From Chlamydiales bacterium (GTDB lineage Bacteria; Chlamydiota; Chlamydiia; Chlamydiales; JBDQID01), in assembly GCA_047611865.1 (NCBI GenBank), contig JBLFWS010000114.1:1-10669 (forward strand): a DNA stretch of 10,669 bases, given 5' to 3'. Of the stretch, positions 1 through 8,303 are shown piece after piece. The position numbers and the translations under genes were made by a program. Position 1 is the stretch's first letter. Each line of letters opens with the position of its first letter. A model generated the notes under the pieces. The model made no database searches. It saw nothing but the letters and a program-made list of their open reading frames with translations, and was not told the DNA's origin.

Positions 1-556
1 GTCCCTGGCTTGTCAAGGGCCAGCGCTCTGTTCTGATAAACTGAACAACTTCCCTGTAATCGTCATCACTTAAACCTGGAAAGATCACCATACTATCTGT
101 ATTTTCAGATCCTTCCTCTCCAAAAAGTAGTACTCTTTTCTGAATAGTCTCGCCTTTAAAAACTACCTGAAGGTTGAAGTGGTAGTAATCTACCATGCAT
201 GCAAGAGCCAGATCTCTTTGAGTAAAGCCGTCTTCCACTAAATCTTTTACAGCTATCTTTCCCACTAACTGCTCAAAAGTCATAGATTGAAATTGACGAA
301 TAACTTCTTTGTTTCCACGAAAATCTGCCAATGGAGCCTGTTGCTGAGCATTCGCAGCGGGCATATTTTCGTAACGGGGGAATTTTGTTTGTTCGTCGAG
401 CACAGAATAAAAATAAAAAGAAATAAACCCTATATTTAATGTTCCACTTACAATCAGGAGTTGAGTTAAAAGACGGACTTGACGCCAGAGTCTTGCGTTA
501 GAAGTATCTTCTTCAGAGTATCTTTGTGTTTTATTTTTTTTCTTTCCGAAGAACAT
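1..556 (-). CDS. Chlamydial CT474-like membrane-anchored protein, 5' part only (family normally carries a C-terminal LysM domain, which would lie outside the window)
   Basis: Manual translation from ATG at 556 is open to the window edge: MFFGKKKNKTQRYSEEDTSNARLWRQVRLLTQLLIVSGTLNIGFISFYFYSVLDEQ...DLVEDGFTQRDLALACMVDYYHFNL...IFPGLSDDDYREVVQFIRTERWPLTSQG. Basic N-terminus plus one hydrophobic segment. The motifs and the position divergent from pheT match my recollection of CT474 homologs. LysM itself is not visible. Confidence 0.8.
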   Translation of the reverse strand, partial: MFFGKKKNKTQRYSEEDTSNARLWRQVRLLTQLLIVSGTLNIGFISFYFYSVLDEQTKFPRYENMPAANAQQQAPLADFRGNKEVIRQFQSMTFEQLVGKIAVKDLVEDGFTQRDLALACMVDYYHFNLQVVFKGETIQKRVLLFGEEGSENTDSMVIFPGLSDDDYREVVQFIRTERWPLTSQG

Positions 557-794
557 TTTCACAGCCTTTTATTCAGATTGTCAACTATTTATTATAGTGT
601 ATGATTTTAAGCAGGGATGAGCTATGAACTTTCACCTTATAATATAAAGGAATGTAGCAGATTTGCCTTTTCTGCAATACTGCACATTTGATATAAAAGA
701 TCTATTTCGCTTACAAACTCATGCTGTCCTCCTCTCTTATTTTTTAGAAAAGAGTGCATATCGGAGCTTAAACCCAAGAAATTTTTCGGAAAAG

Positions 795-3230
795 ATGAAG
801 CTACCATTATCCTGGATAAAAGAATACATTGAATTACCCCATTCAGCTGAAGAAATCTCTGACATCCTAACGATGGCAGGCCTCGAAGTGGATGCTATTG
901 AACAAGCCCCTTTACCCTATGAAAAAGTTGTCGTAGGTAAAGTCCTGGAAACTAGACAACACCCTGAAGCAGACAAGCTTTGTATCGCAACCGTCAGCGA
1001 TGGATCTGACGAATTTCAAGTAGTCTGTGGGGCACCCAACTGTCGCCCTGGCCTTATTACCGCCTTTGCAAAAATTGGTGCCAAATTAACATCTGGTGAA
1101 AAGCCCTTTAAAATTAAAAAAAACAAGCTCCGGGGTGTCGAATCCATGGGAATGCTATGCTCCGAAATGGAACTTGGCTTCTCAGAAGAAGCTGAGGGTA
1201 TTATTGAATTCCCGGAAACTTACGTTGAAGGCACCGACCTCCATGATATTTATGGAGACATCATACTTGAAATTTCTCTTACTCCAAACCTTGGCCACTG
1301 TGCGAGTATACTTGGAGTCTCTCGTGAATTATCAGCTGCAACAGGCATCCCCCTAAGAGACAATATTCTCCACACACTCAAAAGTAAACATGCTTTGGGT
1401 GACGAAAGCAGTACCGCCATCAACGACATAGCCTCTATTTCTGTTCAAAATACTGAGCATTGCCCAAGATACACCTGTCGAGTAGTGAAAGATCTCAAGG
1501 TAGCACCTTCCCCTACTTGGCTTCGCAACCGTATCGAAAGTTGTGGAATGAGAACTGTTAACAATGTTGTCGATATTACCAATCTTGTTCTTATGGAATT
1601 TGGCCATCCCCTCCATGCCTTCGACTACGATAAGCTTGAAGGCCATGGTATTATCGTTCGAAGTGCTGTAGAAGGAGAGAAGTTCCAGACCCTTGATGAT
1701 GAGCACCATACTCTCAATAAAGAAGCTCTACTCATTTGTGACCATGAAAAACCTATAGCTTTAGCTGGTGTCATGGGTGGACTCAATTCTGAAGTTGGAG
1801 ACCTCACGAAAAATATCCTTTTAGAATCTGCTTATTTTCAACCTAGTAACATACGCAAAACCAGTAAAATCACAGTACAATCTGAAGCTTCTAAACGCTT
1901 CGAGAGAGGAACTGATCCAAACAATGCTCTTCTCGCTCTCCACAAAGCAGCTGATCTTATGAGAGAGCTTGCAGGAGGTACTGTTGTTGGAGGCTTCATT
2001 GATGTAAAGGAAATTTCTTTTGAAAACTGGAAGGTTCAATGCCGTTACACTCGTATCAATTCTGTGCTCGGTTTACAGCTTGCACTAGGTGAAGTCGAAG
2101 AAATATTTAAACGCCTTGAGTTATCCTATGAATTCGACGGGGACGATACATTCACTGTTTCTGTGCCCACGTACCGCAACGACATCCATGAGGAAGTCGA
2201 CCTTATTGAAGAAGTTGTGAGAATTTATGGATACGATAATGTAGAGATCAAACCTGCCCATTATCAATCTAGCCCCTTACCGCATACGGCTCTTTTCCCT
2301 TTTGAAAAGAAAATTCGCTCTCAACTTGTTTCTGAGGGTCTCCAGGAGTTTTTAACCTGTGACCTCATCAGTCCTCGCCAGATAGAAACCATCAAAGGTA
2401 ATGGTATCGATCCTGATTCTATTATCAAAGTTCTTAACCCAACTTCGGTCGAGCAATCCGTACTCCGCCCGTCTCTCCTCTCCGGTCTGCTACAAGTTGT
2501 ACGTTACAACCACGACCACAAGAACTTTGAAATCAGCGGTTTTGAAATTGGAAAGATCCACTTCAAAACCGAAGAAGGCTATATGGAACAAACTATGGCG
2601 GGAATTATTCTCAGCGGTAAGACATGCCCACACAACTGGTCTTCAAAAGATGAAGAAATTGACTTCTACGACCTAAAAGGAATTGTAGAGAATCAATTTT
2701 CTTCTTTAGGTATCACCAACTACACATTTGATAAATCTTCCATGGAAGTCTTCCACCCCGGAAGGCAAGCGGCCATCCACATCCAGGATACCATCGTTGG
2801 AAGCATTGGTGAACTCCATCCTGCAATATTGCGAAAGCTCGATATCGACCAAAGAGTATTCTTTTGCACGCTAAACCTCCATGAGCTTCACTCTTTTCAG
2901 AAGACCGAACAAAAGATGGAAGAGATCCCCGTATTCCCGGGGTCGGATAGAGACTGGACCATTACGATGAAAGACGAAACCAGTATGGAAAATGTCTTTT
3001 CAGCTCTCAGCTCTATCCCATCAAAGCTCTTGCAAAATGTCACACTACGCGATATCTATAGAAGCGAACAACTCGGGGAAGGACTCAAGAACGTCACCTT
3101 GAGATTTGTTTACCGAGACAATAGGAAGACCGTTTCGCAAAATTCTGTAGAAGCTGAACATGCGCGTATTACCGAAAAAGTCCTGGCTTCCCTAGGTGAA
3201 CATGTTCTCAGGCACAACCCAGTCTCATAA
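795..3230 (+). CDS. pheT: Phenylalanine--tRNA ligase beta subunit (811 aa)
   Basis: Canonical start MKLPLSWIKEYI at ATG 795 (the track's TTG at 663 adds 44 non-homologous residues). Motifs HPEADKL, VVCGAPNCR, LRGVESMGMLCS, LTPNLGHCASILGVSRE, NNVVDITN, HPLHAFD, RFERG, VPTYRNDI..EVDLIEEV.RIYGY and a C-terminal FDX-ACB domain (FPGSDRD...DIYR). Confidence 0.98.
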   Translation: MKLPLSWIKEYIELPHSAEEISDILTMAGLEVDAIEQAPLPYEKVVVGKVLETRQHPEADKLCIATVSDGSDEFQVVCGAPNCRPGLITAFAKIGAKLTSGEKPFKIKKNKLRGVESMGMLCSEMELGFSEEAEGIIEFPETYVEGTDLHDIYGDIILEISLTPNLGHCASILGVSRELSAATGIPLRDNILHTLKSKHALGDESSTAINDIASISVQNTEHCPRYTCRVVKDLKVAPSPTWLRNRIESCGMRTVNNVVDITNLVLMEFGHPLHAFDYDKLEGHGIIVRSAVEGEKFQTLDDEHHTLNKEALLICDHEKPIALAGVMGGLNSEVGDLTKNILLESAYFQPSNIRKTSKITVQSEASKRFERGTDPNNALLALHKAADLMRELAGGTVVGGFIDVKEISFENWKVQCRYTRINSVLGLQLALGEVEEIFKRLELSYEFDGDDTFTVSVPTYRNDIHEEVDLIEEVVRIYGYDNVEIKPAHYQSSPLPHTALFPFEKKIRSQLVSEGLQEFLTCDLISPRQIETIKGNGIDPDSIIKVLNPTSVEQSVLRPSLLSGLLQVVRYNHDHKNFEISGFEIGKIHFKTEEGYMEQTMAGIILSGKTCPHNWSSKDEEIDFYDLKGIVENQFSSLGITNYTFDKSSMEVFHPGRQAAIHIQDTIVGSIGELHPAILRKLDIDQRVFFCTLNLHELHSFQKTEQKMEEIPVFPGSDRDWTITMKDETSMENVFSALSSIPSKLLQNVTLRDIYRSEQLGEGLKNVTLRFVYRDNRKTVSQNSVEAEHARITEKVLASLGEHVLRHNPVS

Positions 3231-3246
3231 ATTAAAGAGGTTTATA

Positions 3247-4191
3247 ATGAAACGCATACCTTTTTTCATGGCTTTGACGGCCATCGCCCTACTAGCTAAT
3301 AGTTGTGGCTCTACTCTACCCAAAGGTGTTCTCAAAGAAAGCTATATCCATAAGTATGGGGTAGCTATGTCCAAGAAAGATTGGCAAAGCCGAGGAAGTC
3401 ATGGCAAAGTTGTATCTACACTGGATAACGGTTCTCTCATCACAAGATCTTATGAGGGTGGAGCTCTTAATGGAAAAACCACTACTACTTTTCCCCACAG
3501 TCTAACCATAGAAAAGACTGAACTCTATGAGAATGGGAACCTTATCTCTCAGGTTCAACATTACACTTCGGGCATTCCCATGTTAGAAGAAAGCCTGGAA
3601 AGTAAAGGAAAAAGAGTTACTACCTGGTATGAAGACGGTACTCCCCAAAGCTTCGAAGAATATGAAGGCAGTCACTTGACCAGTGGAGAATATTTCACCT
3701 ATCAGAATGAAATGGAATCTCGTGTACAGCAGGAAGAAGGTTTACGTATACGCCGTGATGCTTATGGAAACATGCTTTCTAAAGACCTTATCCAAAATGG
3801 AGACATGATTTTAAGAAGCACCTTTCATGAAAATGGTGACCCTAAATCTACTACCGAATATTCCTCTGGAGTACCTAATGGCCTAAGAAAAACTTTTTGG
3901 ATTGGTGGACAACCAAACACTCTAGAAGAATGGTTTGAAGGGAAGCAACACGGTATTACCACTATCTACCAAAATGGACAGCTATGGGCAACAGTACCTT
4001 ATGTTAACGGAAAAAGAGATGGTACTGAAAAGCGCTTCCGTGAAGGCGACCTCCTTGTAGAAGAAATTGAGTGGTCTGAAGGCCAAAAGCATGGCTCTTA
4101 CAGAACTTACATCGGGGAAACCGTTTCCACTAAATGGTTCTTCCAGGGTAAGTCAGTAAGTAAGTTTGCCTTTGAAGAATTCGCCAGATAG
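3247..4191 (+). CDS. CT476-like putative lipoprotein with MORN-variant / YwqK-type beta-hairpin repeats (314 aa)
   Basis: ATG 3247 preceded by AAGAGG (3235-3240). Signal peptide MKRIPFFMALTAIALLANS-C. Repeats such as YEGGALNGKTTTTF, YENGNL, WYEDGTP, FHENGDPK, YSSGVPNG, WFEGKQHG, YQNGQL, YVNGKRDG, WSEGQKHG. Lies between pheT and ogt as in Chlamydia. Confidence 0.85.
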   Translation: MKRIPFFMALTAIALLANSCGSTLPKGVLKESYIHKYGVAMSKKDWQSRGSHGKVVSTLDNGSLITRSYEGGALNGKTTTTFPHSLTIEKTELYENGNLISQVQHYTSGIPMLEESLESKGKRVTTWYEDGTPQSFEEYEGSHLTSGEYFTYQNEMESRVQQEEGLRIRRDAYGNMLSKDLIQNGDMILRSTFHENGDPKSTTEYSSGVPNGLRKTFWIGGQPNTLEEWFEGKQHGITTIYQNGQLWATVPYVNGKRDGTEKRFREGDLLVEEIEWSEGQKHGSYRTYIGETVSTKWFFQGKSVSKFAFEEFAR

Positions 4192-4215
4192 ACCTAGCCC
4201 GTGTATTAGAATGAG

Positions 4216-4250
4216 AGAAAGCGGCGTTTGTTACGCCGCTTTCTTCTCCC
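4216..4250 (+). terminator. Probable intrinsic terminator / strong hairpin after the pheT-CT476 pair
   Basis: Perfect 12-bp stem AGAAAGCGGCGT (4216-4227), loop TTGTT, ACGCCGCTTTCT (4233-4244), followed by a pyrimidine run. Starts about 25 nt after the stop at 4191. The U-tract is imperfect. Confidence 0.7.
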
Positions 4251-4306
4251 ATAAATTCTTTAAAAGATCCTCTAATAGAGGGTCAATTATACGCCGAACT
4301 TAAAAT

Positions 4307-4801
4307 ATGAAAGTATTCCCACAAGGCCCCTCCCTTACTCTTAGATTACACATTAATGCAGAAGGCATTGAATCCAGCACTCTTCTCAAGGGAAGTGAAG
4401 AAAAGGGACTCTGCCTTCAGATTTATAACGAAAATAAGAACCCTCTACTTAGTCATCAAATCCTTGATTGGGTCCAAAACTATGTAGAAAGAAGACCTTC
4501 ATCTCTAGTACTCCCATTAAATATAGATTCGTTACCTCCATTCACTTCAAAAGTTCTACAGTATTTAGCTGCCATTCCATTTGGCTCTACCATCAGTTAT
4601 GGAGAACTAGCCCAAAAAGCTGGCTCACCAAAAGCTTATCGTGCCGTAGGTAACGCTTGTAACAGAAACCCATTCCCTCTTTTTATCCCCTGTCATCGTG
4701 TAATCGCCTCCGGGAAAAAAATTGGCGGTTTTGCTATGGACTTAAATATTAAAAAAGCCCTCCTCTCTTTCGAAAATTCTGAGCTACAGCTCTCTGAATA
4801 A
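4307..4801 (+). CDS. ogt: Methylated-DNA--[protein]-cysteine S-methyltransferase (O6-alkylguanine transferase; Chlamydia CT477 'ada'-like)
   Basis: IPFGSTISYGELA, RAVGNACNRNP and the active-site PCHRV motif. No Ada N-terminal Zn/AraC domain. Confidence 0.95.
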   Translation: MKVFPQGPSLTLRLHINAEGIESSTLLKGSEEKGLCLQIYNENKNPLLSHQILDWVQNYVERRPSSLVLPLNIDSLPPFTSKVLQYLAAIPFGSTISYGELAQKAGSPKAYRAVGNACNRNPFPLFIPCHRVIASGKKIGGFAMDLNIKKALLSFENSELQLSE

Positions 4802-4995
4802 AGCTCCCACCACCATTTAGAAATCTAAGAAGTCGATCGAAAACTTATACCGAAATAAACCATAATCTATATTTATAATAATTTTATTCAAAACCCTTAA
4901 AATGTTATATAGATCCTAAACAGCTTGTTACATATTTCGAGTTTATTCTATCGAAATGGCGTTGTTGCATAACTTAATACGTTTACAATCATTTA

Positions 4996-5110
4996 TTTAA
5001 CCACCGAGAGCACAGAGAGATAGAAAAATGCATAAAGTCTCTCAGAATATGTTATCAACTGATCTGTGATTTTTTATTTTCTCTGTGCCCTCTGTGAACT
5101 CGGGGTAAAA
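4996..5110. repeat. Imperfect long inverted repeat (REP/MITE-like palindrome) made of CACAGAG units
   Basis: Left arm TTTAACCACCGAGAGCACAGAGAGATAGAAAAAT (4996-5029). Reverse complement of right arm 5076-5110 is TTTTACCCCGAGTTCACAGAGGGCACAGAGAAAAT. About 46-nt spacer. Confidence 0.75.
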
Positions 5111-5137
5111 TGTTAATCATAAGCCTCTTGTAGACGC

Positions 5138-6223
5138 ATGTTTTATGCAACAACGCCTATCGGAATTACTACCGCCACGGGAGAGGGTTTGGTAAGACAA
5201 AAAATCAAAAATGCCAAAGACAAAATCAAAAAGAAAACACGGTATATTTACTTTTCTTTTCTTCGATGGTCTAAAAATGCACTCAAGTCTTTGCTTTTTT
5301 GGCTTACCCGCCCCATTGCCCGAGTCATTATTTTTACCGGCTCATTAAAAACCTTCATGTATCGAAAGCTGAAAACAGCAAAAGCTAACAAACAGGTTCT
5401 TTTACACCTTGGGGGAGAAAGTCTTGCCTTACTCACCTCCGATAAAAGACGCATTGACGCTATGTATTTCGATGCTGCAGAAATTCACCCCGATCTTAAT
5501 AAATACCTACCTAGTGGACGCCCCACTTTAATTTTTTGTCTGGGCAACTCCACTTTGTATGAAAATTCCTTGGAAATGATTCGTTTCTATCTCGATCAGG
5601 ATGTCAACGTCATGGTCTTCAACTATGGAGGCTATGGGCAAAGTCAAGGATCTCCCTCCGTTTACAACACCTATCGAGATGTAGAAGCTGCCTATGAATA
5701 CATTAAGAATGTTCAAAAAATTTCTGACAACAGAATCATTGTACATGGATTTTCCATTGGCGGTGGTCCAGCGACCTATCTGGCTTCAAAATATCCCATC
5801 GATCTTGTTTTAGATAGAACCTATGCTAAACTTGGGAATGTCGTTGGTGGAATATTAGGGTGGTTTACCGATTATCTTTACCCCTATGATAATGTCAGGA
5901 AAATCAAGTATATCAGAGGGAACATTCACATTGTTGAGGCCGCAAATGATGAAATTATGTCGCGAGAACACGTAAAAGCCCTCTTTAACGAAATTATCCG
6001 CGTGAGACACCCCGAAGCTCACGGTTCTGAGGTTAAGGCTCTCCGCTCCCGCTACGTGACCGTTGTTCCCAGCACTCACACAGATTGTTGGCTAACGGAT
6101 ATTATGGGGATATATGGTGACGAACATGCTAATTTCAATATCAAAGTTCTGGGGCCTCTCCAGAAACAATCTCAAAATTCTAGCGGATTTTTTCAGAAAA
6201 TTTGGAAAAAAATCTCGCAATGA
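5138..6223 (+). CDS. Alpha/beta-fold serine hydrolase, ABHD16A/ABHD12-13-17/DUF818-like; paralog 1 (361 aa)
   Basis: FCLGNSTLYE, VMVFNYGGYGQSQGSP, nucleophile elbow HGFSIGGG (Ser codon 5753-5755), LVLDRTY, putative Asp in ANDEI and His in PSTH. Confidence 0.9.
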   Translation: MFYATTPIGITTATGEGLVRQKIKNAKDKIKKKTRYIYFSFLRWSKNALKSLLFWLTRPIARVIIFTGSLKTFMYRKLKTAKANKQVLLHLGGESLALLTSDKRRIDAMYFDAAEIHPDLNKYLPSGRPTLIFCLGNSTLYENSLEMIRFYLDQDVNVMVFNYGGYGQSQGSPSVYNTYRDVEAAYEYIKNVQKISDNRIIVHGFSIGGGPATYLASKYPIDLVLDRTYAKLGNVVGGILGWFTDYLYPYDNVRKIKYIRGNIHIVEAANDEIMSREHVKALFNEIIRVRHPEAHGSEVKALRSRYVTVVPSTHTDCWLTDIMGIYGDEHANFNIKVLGPLQKQSQNSSGFFQKIWKKISQ

Positions 6224-6255
6224 GCCTCTGACACACCCATTTCGTATATTTCCCC

Positions 6256-6285
6256 TTGTTTTTAAAATATAAACAACTATATAAT
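6256..6285 (+). promoter_or_regulatory. Candidate sigma66/sigma70-type promoter for hydrolase paralog 2
   Basis: TTGTTT (6256-6261), 18-nt spacer, TATAAT (6280-6285), 42 nt upstream of ATG 6328. AT-rich context makes a chance match possible. Confidence 0.4.
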
Positions 6286-6327
6286 ATACTACTTATTTGC
6301 ATTTTAAAACTCAAACTAGTTGGTTTT

Positions 6328-7239
6328 ATGATATTTTCATTTTTAAAGCTGTTAATTTTCTTTATTACGAGACCACTAGCTCTTTACAGGATCTATCCTG
6401 GTGCAATAGCCCTAATGATGGCTGGACCCATTCAAGAAGCCGAACTAGCCGAGCAAGACCTCCTTGAAAAAGGCGGCGTAAGTGTTTCTCTCGTTACCGA
6501 AGACAACCGACAGATAGAAGGGATGTATTTTTCTGTAAAAGATAGCCTACCCGAAGCTACAAAAAAATTCTCAGACGAAACCAGACCTACTGTTCTCTTC
6601 TGCCTCGGAAACACCATGTTCTACCAACTTTACTGGGAACACTACGAGTTTTACCTTAAGGAAGGCTACAACGTCATGGTCTTCAATTATGGCGGATATA
6701 GAAATAGCGAAGGCTCTCCCACTGCCCAAAGAACCTACGCTGACGTTGAATCGGCCTATCAATTCATTAAAAAGAACAAGGGAACAGCTGATAGCAGAAT
6801 CCTGGTACATGGCCTCTCTCTTGGTGGAGGCCCAAGTACTTACCTTGCCTCAAAATACCCCGTTCACCTTGTTCTTGATCGCACTTATTCCAGATTAGGT
6901 GACGTATCTGAAAACCCCGCTCTTGCTGGTCTTGCGAACTTTATGTACCCTTACGACAATATTGCTAGAATAAAAGAGTTAAAGGGAAGAATTCACCTGA
7001 TTGAAGCCTCCAACGATAGAATGATGTACCCAAAACACGTCACTGAGCTTTTCGAAGAAATTGTCCGAATTAGACATCCAGAAGCCAGTCCTGAAGAAAA
7101 AGAAAGTCTTCGGCTTCAGTATGTGACCACAGTACCCGGCTCCCACAGTGCCTGTGTATTACTCAACAATCCCGGTTTTGATATCCCTAGAAACAATTTT
7201 GTCGAACAAGTAATATCCCCAATGGGCAAAGCTAGCTAA
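6328..7239 (+). CDS. Alpha/beta-fold serine hydrolase, ABHD16A-like; paralog 2 (303 aa)
   Basis: ATG 6328 aligns with the start of paralog 3 (the TTG at 6256 is likely over-extended). IYPGA, FCLGNTMFYQ, FNYGGYRNSEGSP, HGLSLGGG (Ser 6817-6819), SNDRM, PGSH. Confidence 0.9.
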   Translation: MIFSFLKLLIFFITRPLALYRIYPGAIALMMAGPIQEAELAEQDLLEKGGVSVSLVTEDNRQIEGMYFSVKDSLPEATKKFSDETRPTVLFCLGNTMFYQLYWEHYEFYLKEGYNVMVFNYGGYRNSEGSPTAQRTYADVESAYQFIKKNKGTADSRILVHGLSLGGGPSTYLASKYPVHLVLDRTYSRLGDVSENPALAGLANFMYPYDNIARIKELKGRIHLIEASNDRMMYPKHVTELFEEIVRIRHPEASPEEKESLRLQYVTTVPGSHSACVLLNNPGFDIPRNNFVEQVISPMGKAS

Positions 7240-7328
7240 AGCTCTCGCCCCTTTTTTTTAAAAAAAATAATTCTTTTAATTTGCTCCCTTGAACCTATAG
7301 AATCAAAAAAAGGAACTTTGGAGCACCT

Positions 7329-8237
7329 ATGTCTTTCCGCGTTTTCAAAAAGCCCCTTTACTGGATTACTCGCCCATTAGCGAAGGCTATGGTATATCCT
7401 GGATCCATTCGCCTATTCATGTCTGAAGCGCTCCGAGATGCCCAAAGAATGAAAGCCCACATGATAGACTTAGGTGGTGAAGGATTACAAATTTCTACTT
7501 CAGACGGCAGGCTGTTAGATGCTATGTTTTTTGACAGCGGAAAAATTCATACCCCAAAAAATTCCTTCTGGGAAAAAGCTAACTCATCATCTCTCACCGT
7601 CATTTTTTGTGGGGGAAATGGAATGCTCTTCGAACATGCATGGACCATCGTAAAATTCTTTCTCACACAAGGCCTTAATGTCATGGCTTTCAACTATGGA
7701 GGCTACGGTGATAGCGTTGGTCCCCCTACAGTGGAAAATACCTACAAGGACATAGAGGCTATTTTCCAACACGTCACCGAAAAAAAATCCATTCCCTCAT
7801 CCCGCATTGTCGTATACGGTCTTTCAATTGGGGGAGCAATGGCTGCCCATCTGGCTTCCATACACCCTGTTCACTTAGTCCTGGACAAAGCATTTACCAC
7901 CATTGGTGAAGTCCCAAAAGTGAAAATACTAGGGATCCTGGCAGATTTCCTCTATCCCTACGATAATATTTCGAAAATCAAAGCCATCAAAGGAAACATC
8001 CATATTGTAAAATCAAATGAGGATGAGTTAATCACCGGAGAACATGGAGAAAGGTTTTTCCAGGAGATTCTCCGTACCCGCCACCCTAGTGCAGAAAACT
8101 CTGAAAAAGAGGCACTGCATTCCACATATGTAACCCTTGTCCCAGGCAACCACAACGCCTGTTGGATGGATAGTACACCCGCCTTTTTCTCAGCCCAAAA
8201 CAAGTTCATAGAGACTTTTCTAAAAACTCTCATTTAA
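7329..8237 (+). CDS. Alpha/beta-fold serine hydrolase, ABHD16A-like; paralog 3 (302 aa)
   Basis: GGAG RBS at 7320-7323. MVYPGSI, FCGGNGMLFE, FNYGGYGDSVGPP, YGLSIGGA (Ser 7824-7826), NEDELI, PGNH. Confidence 0.9.
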   Translation: MSFRVFKKPLYWITRPLAKAMVYPGSIRLFMSEALRDAQRMKAHMIDLGGEGLQISTSDGRLLDAMFFDSGKIHTPKNSFWEKANSSSLTVIFCGGNGMLFEHAWTIVKFFLTQGLNVMAFNYGGYGDSVGPPTVENTYKDIEAIFQHVTEKKSIPSSRIVVYGLSIGGAMAAHLASIHPVHLVLDKAFTTIGEVPKVKILGILADFLYPYDNISKIKAIKGNIHIVKSNEDELITGEHGERFFQEILRTRHPSAENSEKEALHSTYVTLVPGNHNACWMDSTPAFFSAQNKFIETFLKTLI

Positions 8238-8303
8238 TCTTCCGTTTCACCCCTTCTTGGCATCGTTTTAGCATTAATTACCAAGTCAGCACGGAGGGTT
8301 TTG

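Noticed and set aside
663..794. 44-aa N-terminal extension of PheT from the TTG at 663
   Set aside because: PheT homology starts at MKLPLSWIKEY (ATG 795); the extension lies in the AT-rich divergent promoter region.
557..794. TATAAT and TTGACA hexamers in the divergent intergenic region
   Set aside because: No correctly spaced -35/-10 pair could be assembled on either strand.
795..3230. pheT without an adjacent pheS
   Set aside because: Unusual for many bacteria but the normal arrangement in Chlamydiae, so not novel.
3196..3246. Upstream start for the MORN-repeat gene overlapping pheT
   Set aside because: ATG 3247 has an RBS and gives a proper signal peptide.
6256..6327. TTG-initiated extension of hydrolase 2
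   Set aside because: Overlaps a promoter-like sequence; alignment with paralog 3 favours ATG 6328.
7252..7267. T8A8 palindrome between hydrolases 2 and 3
   Set aside because: Low-complexity AT-only stem; not a convincing terminator or phase-variation tract without read data.
1096..8233. Short alternative-frame and antisense ORFs (60-118 aa) inside pheT, the CT476-like gene, ogt and the hydrolases
   Set aside because: Fully nested in well-supported genes with no motifs. Similarity among the antisense ORFs simply mirrors the paralogous sense genes.
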